64,000 bases of DNA from Pseudomonadota bacterium (GTDB taxonomy: Bacteria > Pseudomonadota > Alphaproteobacteria > Rhizobiales > Hyphomicrobiaceae), in NCBI GenBank assembly GCA_039186015.1, contig JBCDAH010000002.1, positions 4,601 through 68,600 on the forward strand, in the 5' to 3' direction. Every line of letters begins with the position of its first letter. Position 1 is the stretch's first letter. Below are positions 1 to 10,151 of the stretch, piece by piece. The notes below the pieces were generated by a model. It did not search any database. It was not told where the DNA came from and was given only the letters and a program-made list of their open reading frames with translations. The translations under genes were made by a program, and so were the position numbers.

Positions 1-6
1 GGATGT

Positions 7-1032
7 ATGGACGTCAATCCCGAACTGATCGTTGCCACGCGCGGCGCGCATGTCGAAAGCCGTCACCGCGGCGCAATCGCCGTTGCCAATCCCGACACGG
101 GCCTGCTCATTGCGATCGGCGATGTCTCACGGCCGGTGTTCCCGCGCTCCGCGATTAAGGCGATCCAGGCTCTGCCCCTGATCCAAAGCGGCGCTGCCGA
201 CAGCTTCGGGTTGACGGACCGCGAACTTGCCGTTGCGTGCGCATCTCATTCGGGTTCGCCGGATCACGTCACCACGGTCCAACGGCTGATCACGCGGCTC
301 AATTTGAATCTAGAAGACCTTGTCTGTGGCGCGCACTGGCCACAAACCGACGCCGACCGCCATGCGCTTGCGGCCGCCGGTCAATGGCCGACACGCCTGC
401 ACAATAACTGCTCCGGCAAGCACGCCGGTTTGTTGGCGCTTGCCAAGCACATCGGTGCCCCGACTCAAGCCTATTGGACGGCAGATCATCCGGTGCAACA
501 CCGCGTCCGGGAGGTCCTATCTGACCTGTCGGGATGCGACTTAACCGACGTGCCACCTGGACTAGACGGATGCTCGCTGCCGACTTGGCCGCTCCCGATC
601 GCCGGGCTCGCCCGCGCCTTTGCAATTCCCGCAGCAGGCTCGCGCCATGATCCGTCTGTTGCTCAGGCCATGGCACGCCTGCGGCAGGCGTGCTGGGCGG
701 AACCTGCGATGGTGGCAGGTCCCAACCGGCTCGACACTGAAGTCTTGGAGGCCGGTCGCGACCGTGTCTTCGTCAAAACCGGCGCGGAAGGTGTTTATTG
801 CGGAACGCTGCTGCCACAAGGCTTCGGGTTTGCAATCAAGATTGATGACGGCGCGACCCGGGCCGCAGAAATGGCAATGCTGCAGCTGATCTGCCTGTTC
901 GACGACCGGTTTCGCACAGTACGGGATCGACGGGCCGTAATCCGAAACTGGTCCGGCGTTCCGGTCGGCCGATTGCAAGCGACCGCCGATCTCGTGGAGC
1001 ATCTGCATCCGTTAACCGCATATGCGCGCTGA
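7..1032 (+). CDS. asparaginase II-family protein (PF06089-like)
   Basis: 341-aa ORF. Motifs HVESRHRGAIAV near the N-terminus and NNCSGKHAG are typical of the Asparaginase_II family. Recognised by eye only. Confidence 0.7.
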   Translation: MDVNPELIVATRGAHVESRHRGAIAVANPDTGLLIAIGDVSRPVFPRSAIKAIQALPLIQSGAADSFGLTDRELAVACASHSGSPDHVTTVQRLITRLNLNLEDLVCGAHWPQTDADRHALAAAGQWPTRLHNNCSGKHAGLLALAKHIGAPTQAYWTADHPVQHRVREVLSDLSGCDLTDVPPGLDGCSLPTWPLPIAGLARAFAIPAAGSRHDPSVAQAMARLRQACWAEPAMVAGPNRLDTEVLEAGRDRVFVKTGAEGVYCGTLLPQGFGFAIKIDDGATRAAEMAMLQLICLFDDRFRTVRDRRAVIRNWSGVPVGRLQATADLVEHLHPLTAYAR

Positions 1033-2388
1033 TTACACGACCCGGTTGTCGTGAACGCTTATGCGATCCCCCGGCGTTGTCTGCGTGAGTTCGGGGCCGA
1101 ATGGTGTATTCCCATTCATTGTACGGACGCCGCCCTGCGTTGCGCCGCTGATGAGATTGCTGGCTACAAGCGCATTCCCTGCCGCACGGTCTCCCGATAC
1201 GCCGATGCCAATTGTGGCGGCCCGCACGACGTTGCCTGTCGCAACAACGTCCCGCATAAACCGGTGCCATCCGATGCTCAGGCCAACCGAGGCCGCGTTC
1301 TCAACGGTATTCCCTGTTACAGCCGTATCGGCCTCGACACTGATCCCCACACCGCGTTTGTCGACGGGCTCGTCTTCGCGGCGCACCAGATTGCGAATCA
1401 GATTCCCCTGCACAACCGCAAGCCGACCGCCGTCATTGAAGTTGGTGACGGATATTCCCGTTGCAGCACTGTCGATCACGTTGTTGGCAATCACGGCACC
1501 TTCGAATGCAAACTCCGCATAGATCGCGACCTCGCCGATCCGGCGCACATGATTGGCCGTGATCTGCGCATTCGACGCCGAATTGCAGCGAATTGCGGAG
1601 TAGGCGCAATCTGCAATCTGATTGCCGGTCAGGACGACATCTCCAGCGCGGAAGATGTTGATCCCGTTTCCGTTTTGCCCGGTGCCGCCCGCCTCTGCGC
1701 GCACGCCCTCGATCCGGTTGTTGGTTATCTGTGCCCCGTCGTGGCGCGGTTCCGATGTCCACACCTGGATGCCATTGTTGGCGCAGTTGGAAATGGCGCA
1801 GCCGTCGATTGTGAGACCATCGGTGTTGTACGCGAAGATGGCTGCGTCGACGATGTCGGAGATCGCACAGTTTGATATACGGCCGCCGGACTCCGCGATC
1901 CGAATGCCGCAACGCGTGCTGCGTCGCATCACCAGGCCGTCCAGTTCGGCAGTCGACACGCGATTGATCGCGATGATGCCAGACCCGTCTTCGATGGTCT
2001 GGTGGCGCGCGTCACAGACCAGATTGCTTAACGAGAGTGTGCCGATCCGATCGGCACGGAACAATGGCCCGGCGCCCGCACTCTCAAGCACGGTCGCGTA
2101 CGGCACGCCTTGGATAATGCACCCATCGGGCAAGTTGAGCGTCCGGGTCCGGTAGCGACCGGCGGGCAGCTCCAAAATGGCACGGCGCTGCGCGGCGGCA
2201 TCGATTGCGCGTTGGAGAACCCGCGTTTGGTCGCGTTGCGATCCCGGTCGGACGCCGTAACGAGTTGCAGATACGCGCACAGAGACCACCGCCTCCTTGG
2301 CTTCGGCGCGTTTTGCGGACGACGCGGCGATACCGCCGGCTGCAGCGGCCGTCAGGGCGGCAAAAAACCGTCGGCGGTTCCATGGCAT
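1033..2388 (-). CDS. Tat-signal right-handed parallel beta-helix repeat protein (TIGR03808-like)
   Basis: N-terminus MPWNRRRFFAALTAAAAGGIAASS is a twin-arginine signal, and the body is rich in N/G/I beta-helix-type repeats. I chose the ATG at 2388 because GGAG lies about 7 nt upstream. The longest ORF starts at 2403. Confidence 0.65.
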   Translation of the reverse strand: MPWNRRRFFAALTAAAAGGIAASSAKRAEAKEAVVSVRVSATRYGVRPGSQRDQTRVLQRAIDAAAQRRAILELPAGRYRTRTLNLPDGCIIQGVPYATVLESAGAGPLFRADRIGTLSLSNLVCDARHQTIEDGSGIIAINRVSTAELDGLVMRRSTRCGIRIAESGGRISNCAISDIVDAAIFAYNTDGLTIDGCAISNCANNGIQVWTSEPRHDGAQITNNRIEGVRAEAGGTGQNGNGINIFRAGDVVLTGNQIADCAYSAIRCNSASNAQITANHVRRIGEVAIYAEFAFEGAVIANNVIDSAATGISVTNFNDGGRLAVVQGNLIRNLVRREDEPVDKRGVGISVEADTAVTGNTVENAASVGLSIGWHRFMRDVVATGNVVRAATIGIGVSGDRAAGNALVASNLISGATQGGVRTMNGNTPFGPELTQTTPGDRISVHDNRVV

Positions 2389-2458
2389 ATGAGTGCTCCG
2401 CATGGCTCAACTGGCACGTCAGATGCGACGTACACAGCAAGAACCGCGCCAAGCCAGA

Positions 2459-3130
2459 TTAAGCAACGGCGGATACGGAACCCGGCAGGGCCTGGCCGTA
2501 GCGCGTCGCGAGCGAGCGAACAACGATCTGCCCGGCGCGCACGGCCTGATCCCATGTCAGATGACACGGCCGATCAGAGTGAGCGGACCCGACAAGACCG
2601 AGCGGGATGTGAACGAACCCACACACTTTCAACGCCGGTCTGTGTTGGCATGCGGCGAGCGTGTCATACAGGACCCGATTGCACAGATACGTTCCGGCAT
2701 CGCGCGACCGGATCGCGGGGATACCTGCGGCACGCAGCTGGCTGACGAGCTGGCGTGCCGGCCAGTCTCGCGTGACCCGCCACCTGGGACCGCGCGGATC
2801 AATAACCAACGCTGCCGGCATCCGATCCCTGTTATCGACAGCCGCCATCTGATTGCGCGCAAGCGTCTCGACAACCACGGACCGCGCCTTGCGCGACACG
2901 CCAAACATCACGACGGCGGTGGGGTTGCGCTGCTTGATCGCGCGCTGCAGTCGGGCTGGTCCGTCATGCCAATCGGTGTCCAACGCCAGCGCCGCGACCG
3001 TCGCACCCGAAAGGCTGTCGACGTCGACGGTTCGGGCCAACTCAGCAGCCAAGGCCGCTGAGGGATTCACTGGAACGCCAGGAAACGGGCCAAAGCCGGA
3101 TACCATAATCAACGGGCGGCTGGGTGTCAT
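2459..3130 (-). CDS. pcp: pyroglutamyl-peptidase I (peptidase C15)
   Basis: N-terminal VSGFGPF, AGTYLCN (catalytic Cys context) and GFVHIP (His context). The start ATG overlaps the meaB stop as ATGA. Confidence 0.7.
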   Translation of the reverse strand: MTPSRPLIMVSGFGPFPGVPVNPSAALAAELARTVDVDSLSGATVAALALDTDWHDGPARLQRAIKQRNPTAVVMFGVSRKARSVVVETLARNQMAAVDNRDRMPAALVIDPRGPRWRVTRDWPARQLVSQLRAAGIPAIRSRDAGTYLCNRVLYDTLAACQHRPALKVCGFVHIPLGLVGSAHSDRPCHLTWDQAVRAGQIVVRSLATRYGQALPGSVSAVA

Positions 3131-4188
3131 GCGCGATCACCATCAGCTGATGTTTCGCGGGCATCAAGCCCGATCGCAGCGAGAATTTGGTCGACGGCAC
3201 GCGAGGGTGTCATCTCGCCGGCTCGAACCGCGGCATCGCATGCCGTCAACGCCTTGCGGCCATCAGCGCTGCGGAGAAACAGCGTCCAGAGCTCATCACG
3301 CACCATCTCGTGCAACCAGGCTGAGGCCTGCTCTGCGCGTATGCTCTCGCGTAGCCCCAACCGCGTGAGCAGGGCCTGATGCTGCACAATAAGCGCCCAG
3401 AGTTGATCAAGCCCCAGGTTGTCCTGGCCCGAGATCGTCAATACCGGAGGCTGCCAGTCGGGAATGCGCGGGCTGAGCAGACCGAGCGCAGCCTGATAAC
3501 TGGCCGCCGTGCGCTCGGCCCGCTTTACGTTATCGCCATCGGCCTTATTGATCGCGACAATATCGGCCAGCTCGATCACGCCCTTTTTGATGCCTTGAAG
3601 TTCGTCGCCACCGCCCGGCAGCAAAAGCGCCACGAAAATGTCGACCATCCCGGCGACCGCTGTCTCCGACTGGCCGACGCCAACCGTCTCAACGACGATT
3701 ACATCAAAGCCAGCCGCCTCGACCAACGCCATCGTTTCGCGGGTCTTTCGCGTAACACCGCCTAACGTTCCGGACGTGGGAGACGGCCGAATGTAGGCAT
3801 CCGGGGACAGCGACAGGCGCGCCATCCGGGTCTTGTCACCCAAGATCGAGCCGCCCGACCGTTGGGACGTCGGATCAACCGCGAGGACGGCAACGCGCTG
3901 TCCGTCTGCAATGAGATTGATGCCAAGCTGATCGATCGTCGTGGACTTTCCAACGCCGGGTACGCCGGTGATACCCACACGCAATCCGCTGCGCTTGAGT
4001 TCGGCGGCCGCTTCCAGCACCTCTTGCGCCAGTTTCCGGTGCGCAGGGTTACGGCTTTCGACCAGCGTAATCGCCCGCGCCAGCGTCGCACGGTCGCCCG
4101 CGGCAATGGCTGCCAAATAGGTTTCGGCAGACGCGTGACTCTTGGGTTCGGCGTGCATGGGACCAGAGTTCAGGGGATCAGAATTCAT
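3127..4188 (-). CDS. meaB: MeaB/ArgK-type G3E-family GTPase (methylmalonyl-CoA mutase accessory protein-like)
   Basis: Walker A GVPGVGKST, G3E-type DVIVVETVGVGQSE and NKAD motifs. About 330-350 aa, as expected for the family. Confidence 0.85.
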   Translation of the reverse strand: MNSDPLNSGPMHAEPKSHASAETYLAAIAAGDRATLARAITLVESRNPAHRKLAQEVLEAAAELKRSGLRVGITGVPGVGKSTTIDQLGINLIADGQRVAVLAVDPTSQRSGGSILGDKTRMARLSLSPDAYIRPSPTSGTLGGVTRKTRETMALVEAAGFDVIVVETVGVGQSETAVAGMVDIFVALLLPGGGDELQGIKKGVIELADIVAINKADGDNVKRAERTAASYQAALGLLSPRIPDWQPPVLTISGQDNLGLDQLWALIVQHQALLTRLGLRESIRAEQASAWLHEMVRDELWTLFLRSADGRKALTACDAAVRAGEMTPSRAVDQILAAIGLDARETSADGDRA

Positions 4189-4276
4189 GGGATCAGCTTA
4201 GAGCATTCTTTCCGGAGACGATATCGCATCGCGCGCCCTTGCACTGTCAGACCGCCGTTCAATCTGCCACACGCGC

Positions 4277-5206
4277 TCACAGTCCTCTGTCGTTTGGGTT
4301 TTCACGCATGCGGTGTGCGCGATTTGGTGTTTCGCTGCGGGCCGGGATCAAGGCGCCCGCGCAAATCGCGCCAATGACCAAAACCGCACCGACGATCTGA
4401 AATGCCGAAAGGGATTCATTCAACACCATAACCGAAACGACCATTGCCGTGACCGGAAGGGCGGCTGTCGCCAGCCCGGCTTGCCACGGCGGCACGCGGC
4501 CGACCCCGGCGTACCAGAGAACCGTGCAAAACACGCTCGCGGACAGGGCATACCAGGTCGCCAGCAGCCAAACCCAAAGCGGCGTTTCCACCGCCACCGA
4601 AAGACTGAGACCGGGCAGAGCAAACGGCAGCGCCATCGCTGCGCTGAGTACCGAAACCGCCAAAGACAGGTCCGTTGGTCGCAGGCGCGCGCTCACACGC
4701 CGCGACACGAGCACAAACGTCGCTTCGCACAGTACGGCCATTGCGACCAGACCGTTGCCGGTGAGAGACGCTGCGCCGACGTCCGCACTGCCCGCCTGCA
4801 TGACGATCAAGCCGACTGCGGCCAGCGCCACGCAAATCATGGCTGCGCGAGAGAGAACGTGGCGTAGGACGACCACACTTAGTATTGCGACAGCAGCCGG
4901 CAACGTTGCCGTAATGATGCCTGCGTCGACGGCTGACGTTCTGCGCGTTCCTTCGAGTAAAAACACCGTGAAAAGTACCGAACCGACACCTGCGAGAACC
5001 GCGATGTCCAGCCAATCCCGACGCTGCAGCCCAACGAGGCGCCGGATGCCCGGCCGACCGGTTACGCACAGCAATGCGCACGCGGCAACGGTGAATCGGA
5101 ATAGGAGCACGTGGTAGACGGATACGGATTCAACCACGATTTTGCCGAACGGGACGTTGGCGCCCGTAAAGCTCATTGCGGCGATCAGGAAAAGAATGGC
5201 CGGCAT
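4277..5206 (-). CDS. DMT-superfamily (EamA-like) transporter
   Basis: About 10 hydrophobic helices and a two-fold EamA-like architecture. Start placed at MPAILFLIAAM; the longest ORF extends to 5278. Confidence 0.7.
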   Translation of the reverse strand: MPAILFLIAAMSFTGANVPFGKIVVESVSVYHVLLFRFTVAACALLCVTGRPGIRRLVGLQRRDWLDIAVLAGVGSVLFTVFLLEGTRRTSAVDAGIITATLPAAVAILSVVVLRHVLSRAAMICVALAAVGLIVMQAGSADVGAASLTGNGLVAMAVLCEATFVLVSRRVSARLRPTDLSLAVSVLSAAMALPFALPGLSLSVAVETPLWVWLLATWYALSASVFCTVLWYAGVGRVPPWQAGLATAALPVTAMVVSVMVLNESLSAFQIVGAVLVIGAICAGALIPARSETPNRAHRMRENPNDRGL

Positions 5207-5381
5207 CACGTGGTCTCGTACGGGAAGGAGGTGTCGCGCCAGAACAGCAAGTGCCCCACATGGGTCTGAGTGAAGCACGCCACGCCGGGGCCATTCTGAA
5301 GCCGCGATTATCTCGGATCGAGTGGCGCCGGATGAGAGCTCGAAACGTGGCTGGGCGTCAACACGAACATCGGCGGGTGTT

Positions 5382-6785
5382 ATGGGATCTTACGTACTGA
5401 TTGGCTTGGGTGCGGGCGTGTTTGCGCTACTCATCCTTTTCATTTGGGTCGGAACCCACGAACTGAGCGCGGGCTGGAAGTGGCTGGTTCGGACAGCGGT
5501 GGCGGCTGTGGCCGTCGTGCCGCTGACCTTCGCCGTACTGTGGACCCCACTCGATTCGCCGTCACCAACGCGCAGCGCTGACGCTCCATCGCGCGCAGAG
5601 CGAAACGTTGCCGAGAAATCCGCGAGGCCATCCGAGCCCGATGGGCGGTTGGATGAAGCGCCAGCGAAGACCCCACCGCTTGCCGGCCCACGGACGGAAA
5701 CGCCACGGTCCGCCGTCCGCGGACTGACACCCGTTCCAGGGTCACCAGATGATCGCTGGCACGTCGTTCCCGTGTTCTTCGGCACGGATCGCGCGAAGGA
5801 TCCTCTGCGCGTCGTCATTCCCGGGTATAATGCGGAGCGCGGCAAACGCCTGGAACTCGGCCGCGCCTTGGTCAGCATTCCCAAGCAGCATCAGGTCCCC
5901 GATATCGAACGGCCGTGGGTCTACAAACTTCCGTTCACGAAGCTGGTGATTTACCGCGAGAAAGAAGACCCGCAAAAACACTTCACTTTGCGCGCCGTGC
6001 AGGTTGTCGACAACACGACATTCATCGATTTGATCAAGCGCCGGCTCAATACCGCGACGTCTTTTGCCGACCACATGCTGGTGTTCGTGCACGGCTTCAA
6101 CACATCCTTCGATGATGCGCTCTATCGCACGGCTCAGATTGCCTATGACCTGAAGTTCGATGGCGCGCCGCTGGTCTACTCCTGGCCATCGAAAGGCGAG
6201 GTCACATCCTACAGCTACGATCGCGAAAGTGCGGGCCAGGCCGAGCCCTACCTGAAGCAGTTCCTGCGTCTGGCGACCGAAGCCTCCGGCGCCAAGAACG
6301 TTCACATCATCGCGCACTCGATGGGCAACCAGCTGCTGTTGCCGGTCCTGAGGAGTCTGAAGGACTCACTGCCGCAAGGGCTCAAGCTGGCTCAAATCAT
6401 ATTGGCCGCGCCAGATGTCGACCGCGACGCGTTTGAGTTTCTGGCCGCTCAGATCAAAGGTGTCAGCCGCGGCGTGACGCTGTACGCCAATGCAAACGAT
6501 CGCGCACTCGCCGCCTCGCGTCAGTTCTGGGGCGGTCCCAGGGCTGGCGACGTTCCTGCGAGCGGGCCGGTGATTGTCGCAGGCGTGGACACGATTGATG
6601 TTTCCGCAACCAGCAGCAACTTCCTCTCGCTCAACCACTCTGGATACGCCCGGAACAAAGCGTTGCTGAACGACATTCAGTTGATCTTACAAACCGGAGA
6701 ACGCCCGCCTGAAAAGCGCATTCCGATCCTCGAACGGATCACGACGCCCAGAGGCGATTACTGGCGATATCCCGGTGCAGGATAG
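5382..6785 (+). CDS. membrane-anchored alpha/beta hydrolase, DUF900-like
   Basis: N-terminal TM helices, then a Pro/Ala-rich linker, then VFVHGFNTSFDDA and the nucleophile elbow AHSMGN, typical of DUF900 esterase/lipase-like proteins. Confidence 0.6.
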   Translation: MGSYVLIGLGAGVFALLILFIWVGTHELSAGWKWLVRTAVAAVAVVPLTFAVLWTPLDSPSPTRSADAPSRAERNVAEKSARPSEPDGRLDEAPAKTPPLAGPRTETPRSAVRGLTPVPGSPDDRWHVVPVFFGTDRAKDPLRVVIPGYNAERGKRLELGRALVSIPKQHQVPDIERPWVYKLPFTKLVIYREKEDPQKHFTLRAVQVVDNTTFIDLIKRRLNTATSFADHMLVFVHGFNTSFDDALYRTAQIAYDLKFDGAPLVYSWPSKGEVTSYSYDRESAGQAEPYLKQFLRLATEASGAKNVHIIAHSMGNQLLLPVLRSLKDSLPQGLKLAQIILAAPDVDRDAFEFLAAQIKGVSRGVTLYANANDRALAASRQFWGGPRAGDVPASGPVIVAGVDTIDVSATSSNFLSLNHSGYARNKALLNDIQLILQTGERPPEKRIPILERITTPRGDYWRYPGAG

Positions 6786-6918
6786 ACCATGTCGGCGCAC
6801 GCCGAAATGGACTGGGGCATGGATACGCCGATTGCCATGGCGGTCCGCAATCCTAAACCATTTGTAAACGATTGCGTCATTACGGTTCAGTTGGACCAGT
6901 TTGGTGGGGACCGGCTGA

Positions 6919-7287
6919 ATGAATATGCGATGGGTCTTGGCTGTGACAGCCCTGGCGCTTTGGGCCGGATCACTTGTCGAGCGGGCACGAGCCGACGAGA
7001 CGTTCGTGTGCGAGAACGGCAAGGTGATCACGATCCAGGCCGGCCAGCGGGCGCGCCTGAGTGGCGCGAAGCCCTGTACGGCGGGTTGGGTCAAGACACT
7101 GTCGGCAGCGCACATTATGCCGCTGCCGGCCGTCCATCCGCGCCGTCAACCGTTGGCACCGCCGCGTCCGGTTCCCGTTGCGGTTAACGCCGAGCCTCCG
7201 GCCCCGGAACTGCCGAGTGACTATCGCCGTGTTCGCGTAATCAATGCCGCGTCACCGGCGACCCGCTGGTTCCATCATCATCACTAG
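6919..7287 (+). CDS. small secreted hypothetical protein
   Basis: Signal-peptide-like MNMRWVLAVTALALWAGSLVERARA, a Pro-rich middle and a natural C-terminal HHHH. No family recognised. Confidence 0.4.
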   Translation: MNMRWVLAVTALALWAGSLVERARADETFVCENGKVITIQAGQRARLSGAKPCTAGWVKTLSAAHIMPLPAVHPRRQPLAPPRPVPVAVNAEPPAPELPSDYRRVRVINAASPATRWFHHHH

Positions 7288-7614
7288 CGCGAGTCGCATT
7301 GTTTGCGCCTCGTTTTCGCTCACGGGCTGTTCCGGCCTGCGGCCGGGCCCCATCGAGATGGCGAACACGCCATCTCGACATATCAAATGCCCAACGCGGG
7401 AACACCCGCGTTGGGGTGGGCGCGGCGCAACGCGCCGGGCCGCGGTCACGGCCTGGGTATCGTCCTGCCAGGATAGCCTGCGCTCAAGTAGCGAGCGCTT
7501 GTCGCGAGCGGTAGCGCAAGTAAAGACGCTTGCGCCCGTGGCCGCGCGTCGCTATAGCTCCCGGCTCGCGAACGATATTGGTCGCCGTCCCATCCGACTG
7601 TTCGGCATCGGGTT

Positions 7615-7691
7615 CGGAGCGTGGCGCAGCCTGGTAGCGCACTTGCTTCGGGAGCAAGGGGTCGCAGGTTCAAATCCTGCCGCTCCGACCA
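7615..7691 (+). tRNA. tRNA-Pro (anticodon CGG)
   Basis: Cloverleaf readable by eye: acceptor CGGAGCG/CGCTCCG, D-arm GCGC..GCGC, anticodon stem CTTGC/GCAAG with loop TTCGGGA, T-arm GCAGG-TTCAAAT-CCTGC, and encoded ACCA. Confidence 0.9.
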
Positions 7692-7924
7692 ATCCAACGC
7701 CTTGGAAAACCATCCTACGATGCAGCGCAGAGCCGGCCGATTGGCGTTTTCGAGACCGGCTACGAGCCTTGCCGCTTTAGTCAACGATTTCAATCGATTA
7801 CTGCTCTTTCTGGGACGACTTCATATCGTGATAGGCTGGATCGAAGATCGCGACGCCAATACGCGAGACCGATATTCAGATAAGGTGCTTGCGCCACCGC
7901 TATAGTCAGCCCTCAAACATTGCC

Positions 7925-8863
7925 ATGCTCCCCGATCAAAGCCGTAGCCAGCGCCCGTCATTTTGGCGCAACCGCAAGACCTTGGCCCTCCTGGTCGTCG
8001 CGACGATTACCATCGCAGCCGTTCTCCTCGCTCTGCATCTGCGTCGCCCATCGTACCTGACAACGGAAATCCTCGTTCTTGGCGACTCGCAGTTGTCGTT
8101 TGGGGCGGGTCCGGTGCTGAGCGCGTTCTTCGCCGATCTCCCGAACGCGTGCCGCACCGACGTTGCGCGACCGAACGACCTGACGCTGCTGGCGGACAAA
8201 CGGTTTGCGATGATCGGGACGCGATCAACCTCGCTTCAGTCCTGGGTTCAGTCAGACGGTCGCGCTTGGGAGCTGCTTTGCCACAAGGACAAACGATGGG
8301 GCGTCAACGCCAGCGCCTGGGGCACGGTGAAGCCGGCCAAACGGCGCTACATCCAGGTTGGCGAAGGCGACAAGTTCCAGTTCTGCCAACAGCCGAAGCC
8401 ACCGCTCGCAAACCTGCTGTCCGACGGATACTACCAGCCACAACTACTTATGGTGTTTGTCGGCGGCAACGGAGCCCGGCGGCTGGCGACGTCTCAGCAA
8501 GCCGCCAAAGAGGATGTCTCCCGCTTTGTCGCGCGCCTGCCCGCACATATCGGCTGCATCTTTATGATGACAGCGCCGATATACTCAGAGTCGCATAATA
8601 GTACGCGCGTGGTCGCGCAGGCGAATCTGCGCGCCGCGTTCGCAGCACACGGCCGGCGCTGCGCATTTGTCGACGGACACACCAGCGCGACGCGGGCTGC
8701 CATCGAAGGGCAGCCGCAATTCTTCAAACGCGATAACGAGGGGAATGTGACGGACCCCTATCATGCCGACGCACAGGCCGCCGCCAGGTTCCTGGCCCTG
8801 CGACGCCCGGCATTGTGCCACGCCCTGGCCTCCCAGTTTCGTCGGCGCGCAGCTGCGCAATAA
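7925..8863 (+). CDS. membrane-anchored SGNH/GDSL-like hydrolase (putative)
   Basis: N-terminal TM helix. LVLGDSQ (block I), VGGNG (block III) and DPYH (block V) appear in the right order. Weak, motif-only call. Confidence 0.45.
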   Translation: MLPDQSRSQRPSFWRNRKTLALLVVATITIAAVLLALHLRRPSYLTTEILVLGDSQLSFGAGPVLSAFFADLPNACRTDVARPNDLTLLADKRFAMIGTRSTSLQSWVQSDGRAWELLCHKDKRWGVNASAWGTVKPAKRRYIQVGEGDKFQFCQQPKPPLANLLSDGYYQPQLLMVFVGGNGARRLATSQQAAKEDVSRFVARLPAHIGCIFMMTAPIYSESHNSTRVVAQANLRAAFAAHGRRCAFVDGHTSATRAAIEGQPQFFKRDNEGNVTDPYHADAQAAARFLALRRPALCHALASQFRRRAAAQ

Positions 8864-8964
8864 ATGCTGGACGGCACAATCACATTACGAAACAGTTGTC
8901 GCATCGACGCTTTTCCGCCGTGCGCTTTGTCTTGCGACGCCGGCTGGGACGGTGGTGGTTTCGC

Positions 8965-9396
8965 ATGACGTGGATCGTAATCGGCATCGTACTGGTGATG
9001 GCCTGGCCCGCGCACGCACAAGAGATGTTCGCGGTACCGGAACTCACCAAAGATCGCGCCACAGGCCCGCGCGCAACCGTGAGGCGCTTGCAACCAGACG
9101 ATCTCGCGCGGCTCAAGCGACCGACGCGGTCCTTGCGCCCGCGCGCACGGCAGCCAGTGATGTCCGGCAAACACCCGGGTGGCGGGAAGCCGGCACCACA
9201 GGGTGATGACCCTGACAAAACGCCGAGCCAAACGAGACTCGTCGGACGGAAGAAACGATCCTCAGAGGGTGCAAGCGGCGCGCCATGCATCCGACAGATG
9301 TATCGCATTTCGCCGGGCCGCGTTGTGATCCGCTGCAAAGGACAATCGCCGCAATCCGCAAGCAACGACGCAACGCGTACCGGCGATCAGCCGTGA
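8965..9396 (+). CDS. hypothetical secreted basic protein
   Basis: Signal peptide MTWIVIGIVLVMAWPAHA; the rest is low-complexity and basic. The coding call is uncertain because a competing antisense ORF exists. Confidence 0.3.
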   Translation: MTWIVIGIVLVMAWPAHAQEMFAVPELTKDRATGPRATVRRLQPDDLARLKRPTRSLRPRARQPVMSGKHPGGGKPAPQGDDPDKTPSQTRLVGRKKRSSEGASGAPCIRQMYRISPGRVVIRCKGQSPQSASNDATRTGDQP

Positions 9397-9473
9397 GGAA
9401 CCGGAAGCCGGAACCCGGCAAAAGCGGCATTGTGCAGCTTCAGCCAGGCACGCCGTCATATTGCATCGGCTGA

Positions 9474-9956
9474 CTATATCCGATCCGGCAGACCGGCGCT
9501 GGCCTGACGCTGCTGGTCGGTTGCGCACACGTCAATTGCCTTAGCCGACTGCGCGGGTAGGACGTGCTTGGCGAGGCGGTGCGTCATAGGCTCCGCGCCG
9601 AACATCAACGTCCCTTTGTGGTTGATTGCGTTCGGAGCCCCGGGCTCAAGACGTATCCGCCAGTCTTCTACGGTCATGTGATACCGGAGGTAGGATATCG
9701 CCTTTTTCGCCAGCGCCTGGCCGGCGGGACAACGGCTTGCCAACGTCGGACCATCATAGCCGGTGAGCGTGATCGCCTTGCCGCCAACAAGAACTCGGTT
9801 GCTGTCAATTACCCAGGTCGCGTCGGTCTTGTCGAGGATCTGGATTTGCTTGGCGGTCGGCTGTGCGACCAAGGCGGCTGGGGCCTTGATGGCAATCGCC
9901 GTGGCACCGCCGCACACGACTGCCGAGATCAGCATCGGCCGCAGAAAACTCACCAT
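9474..9956 (-). CDS. hypothetical periplasmic protein (faint thermonuclease-like pattern)
   Basis: Signal-like MVSFLRPMLISAVVCGGATAIA. The segment VIDSNRVLVGGKAITLTGYDGP..C..G.A loosely resembles the SNase-fold N-terminus. Not confirmed. Confidence 0.4.
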   Translation of the reverse strand: MVSFLRPMLISAVVCGGATAIAIKAPAALVAQPTAKQIQILDKTDATWVIDSNRVLVGGKAITLTGYDGPTLASRCPAGQALAKKAISYLRYHMTVEDWRIRLEPGAPNAINHKGTLMFGAEPMTHRLAKHVLPAQSAKAIDVCATDQQRQASAGLPDRI

Positions 9957-10151
9957 GGCAGGCTCCGTACACAAATTCAGTGACACCACTGAAAGTTAGC
10001 TGTTGGCGACCGGTTGTGGAGACAAGTGATGGCGGTAGCAAGATAGGTATTTCAGTGCTGTGTAGAAGTTGTGGAAACTGTATATGACCTCACACGGGCC
10101 CTTTTTTTGCCAACAAGTGCGCGGTCGATTTAGGGTGTGCTCAATACCGGT

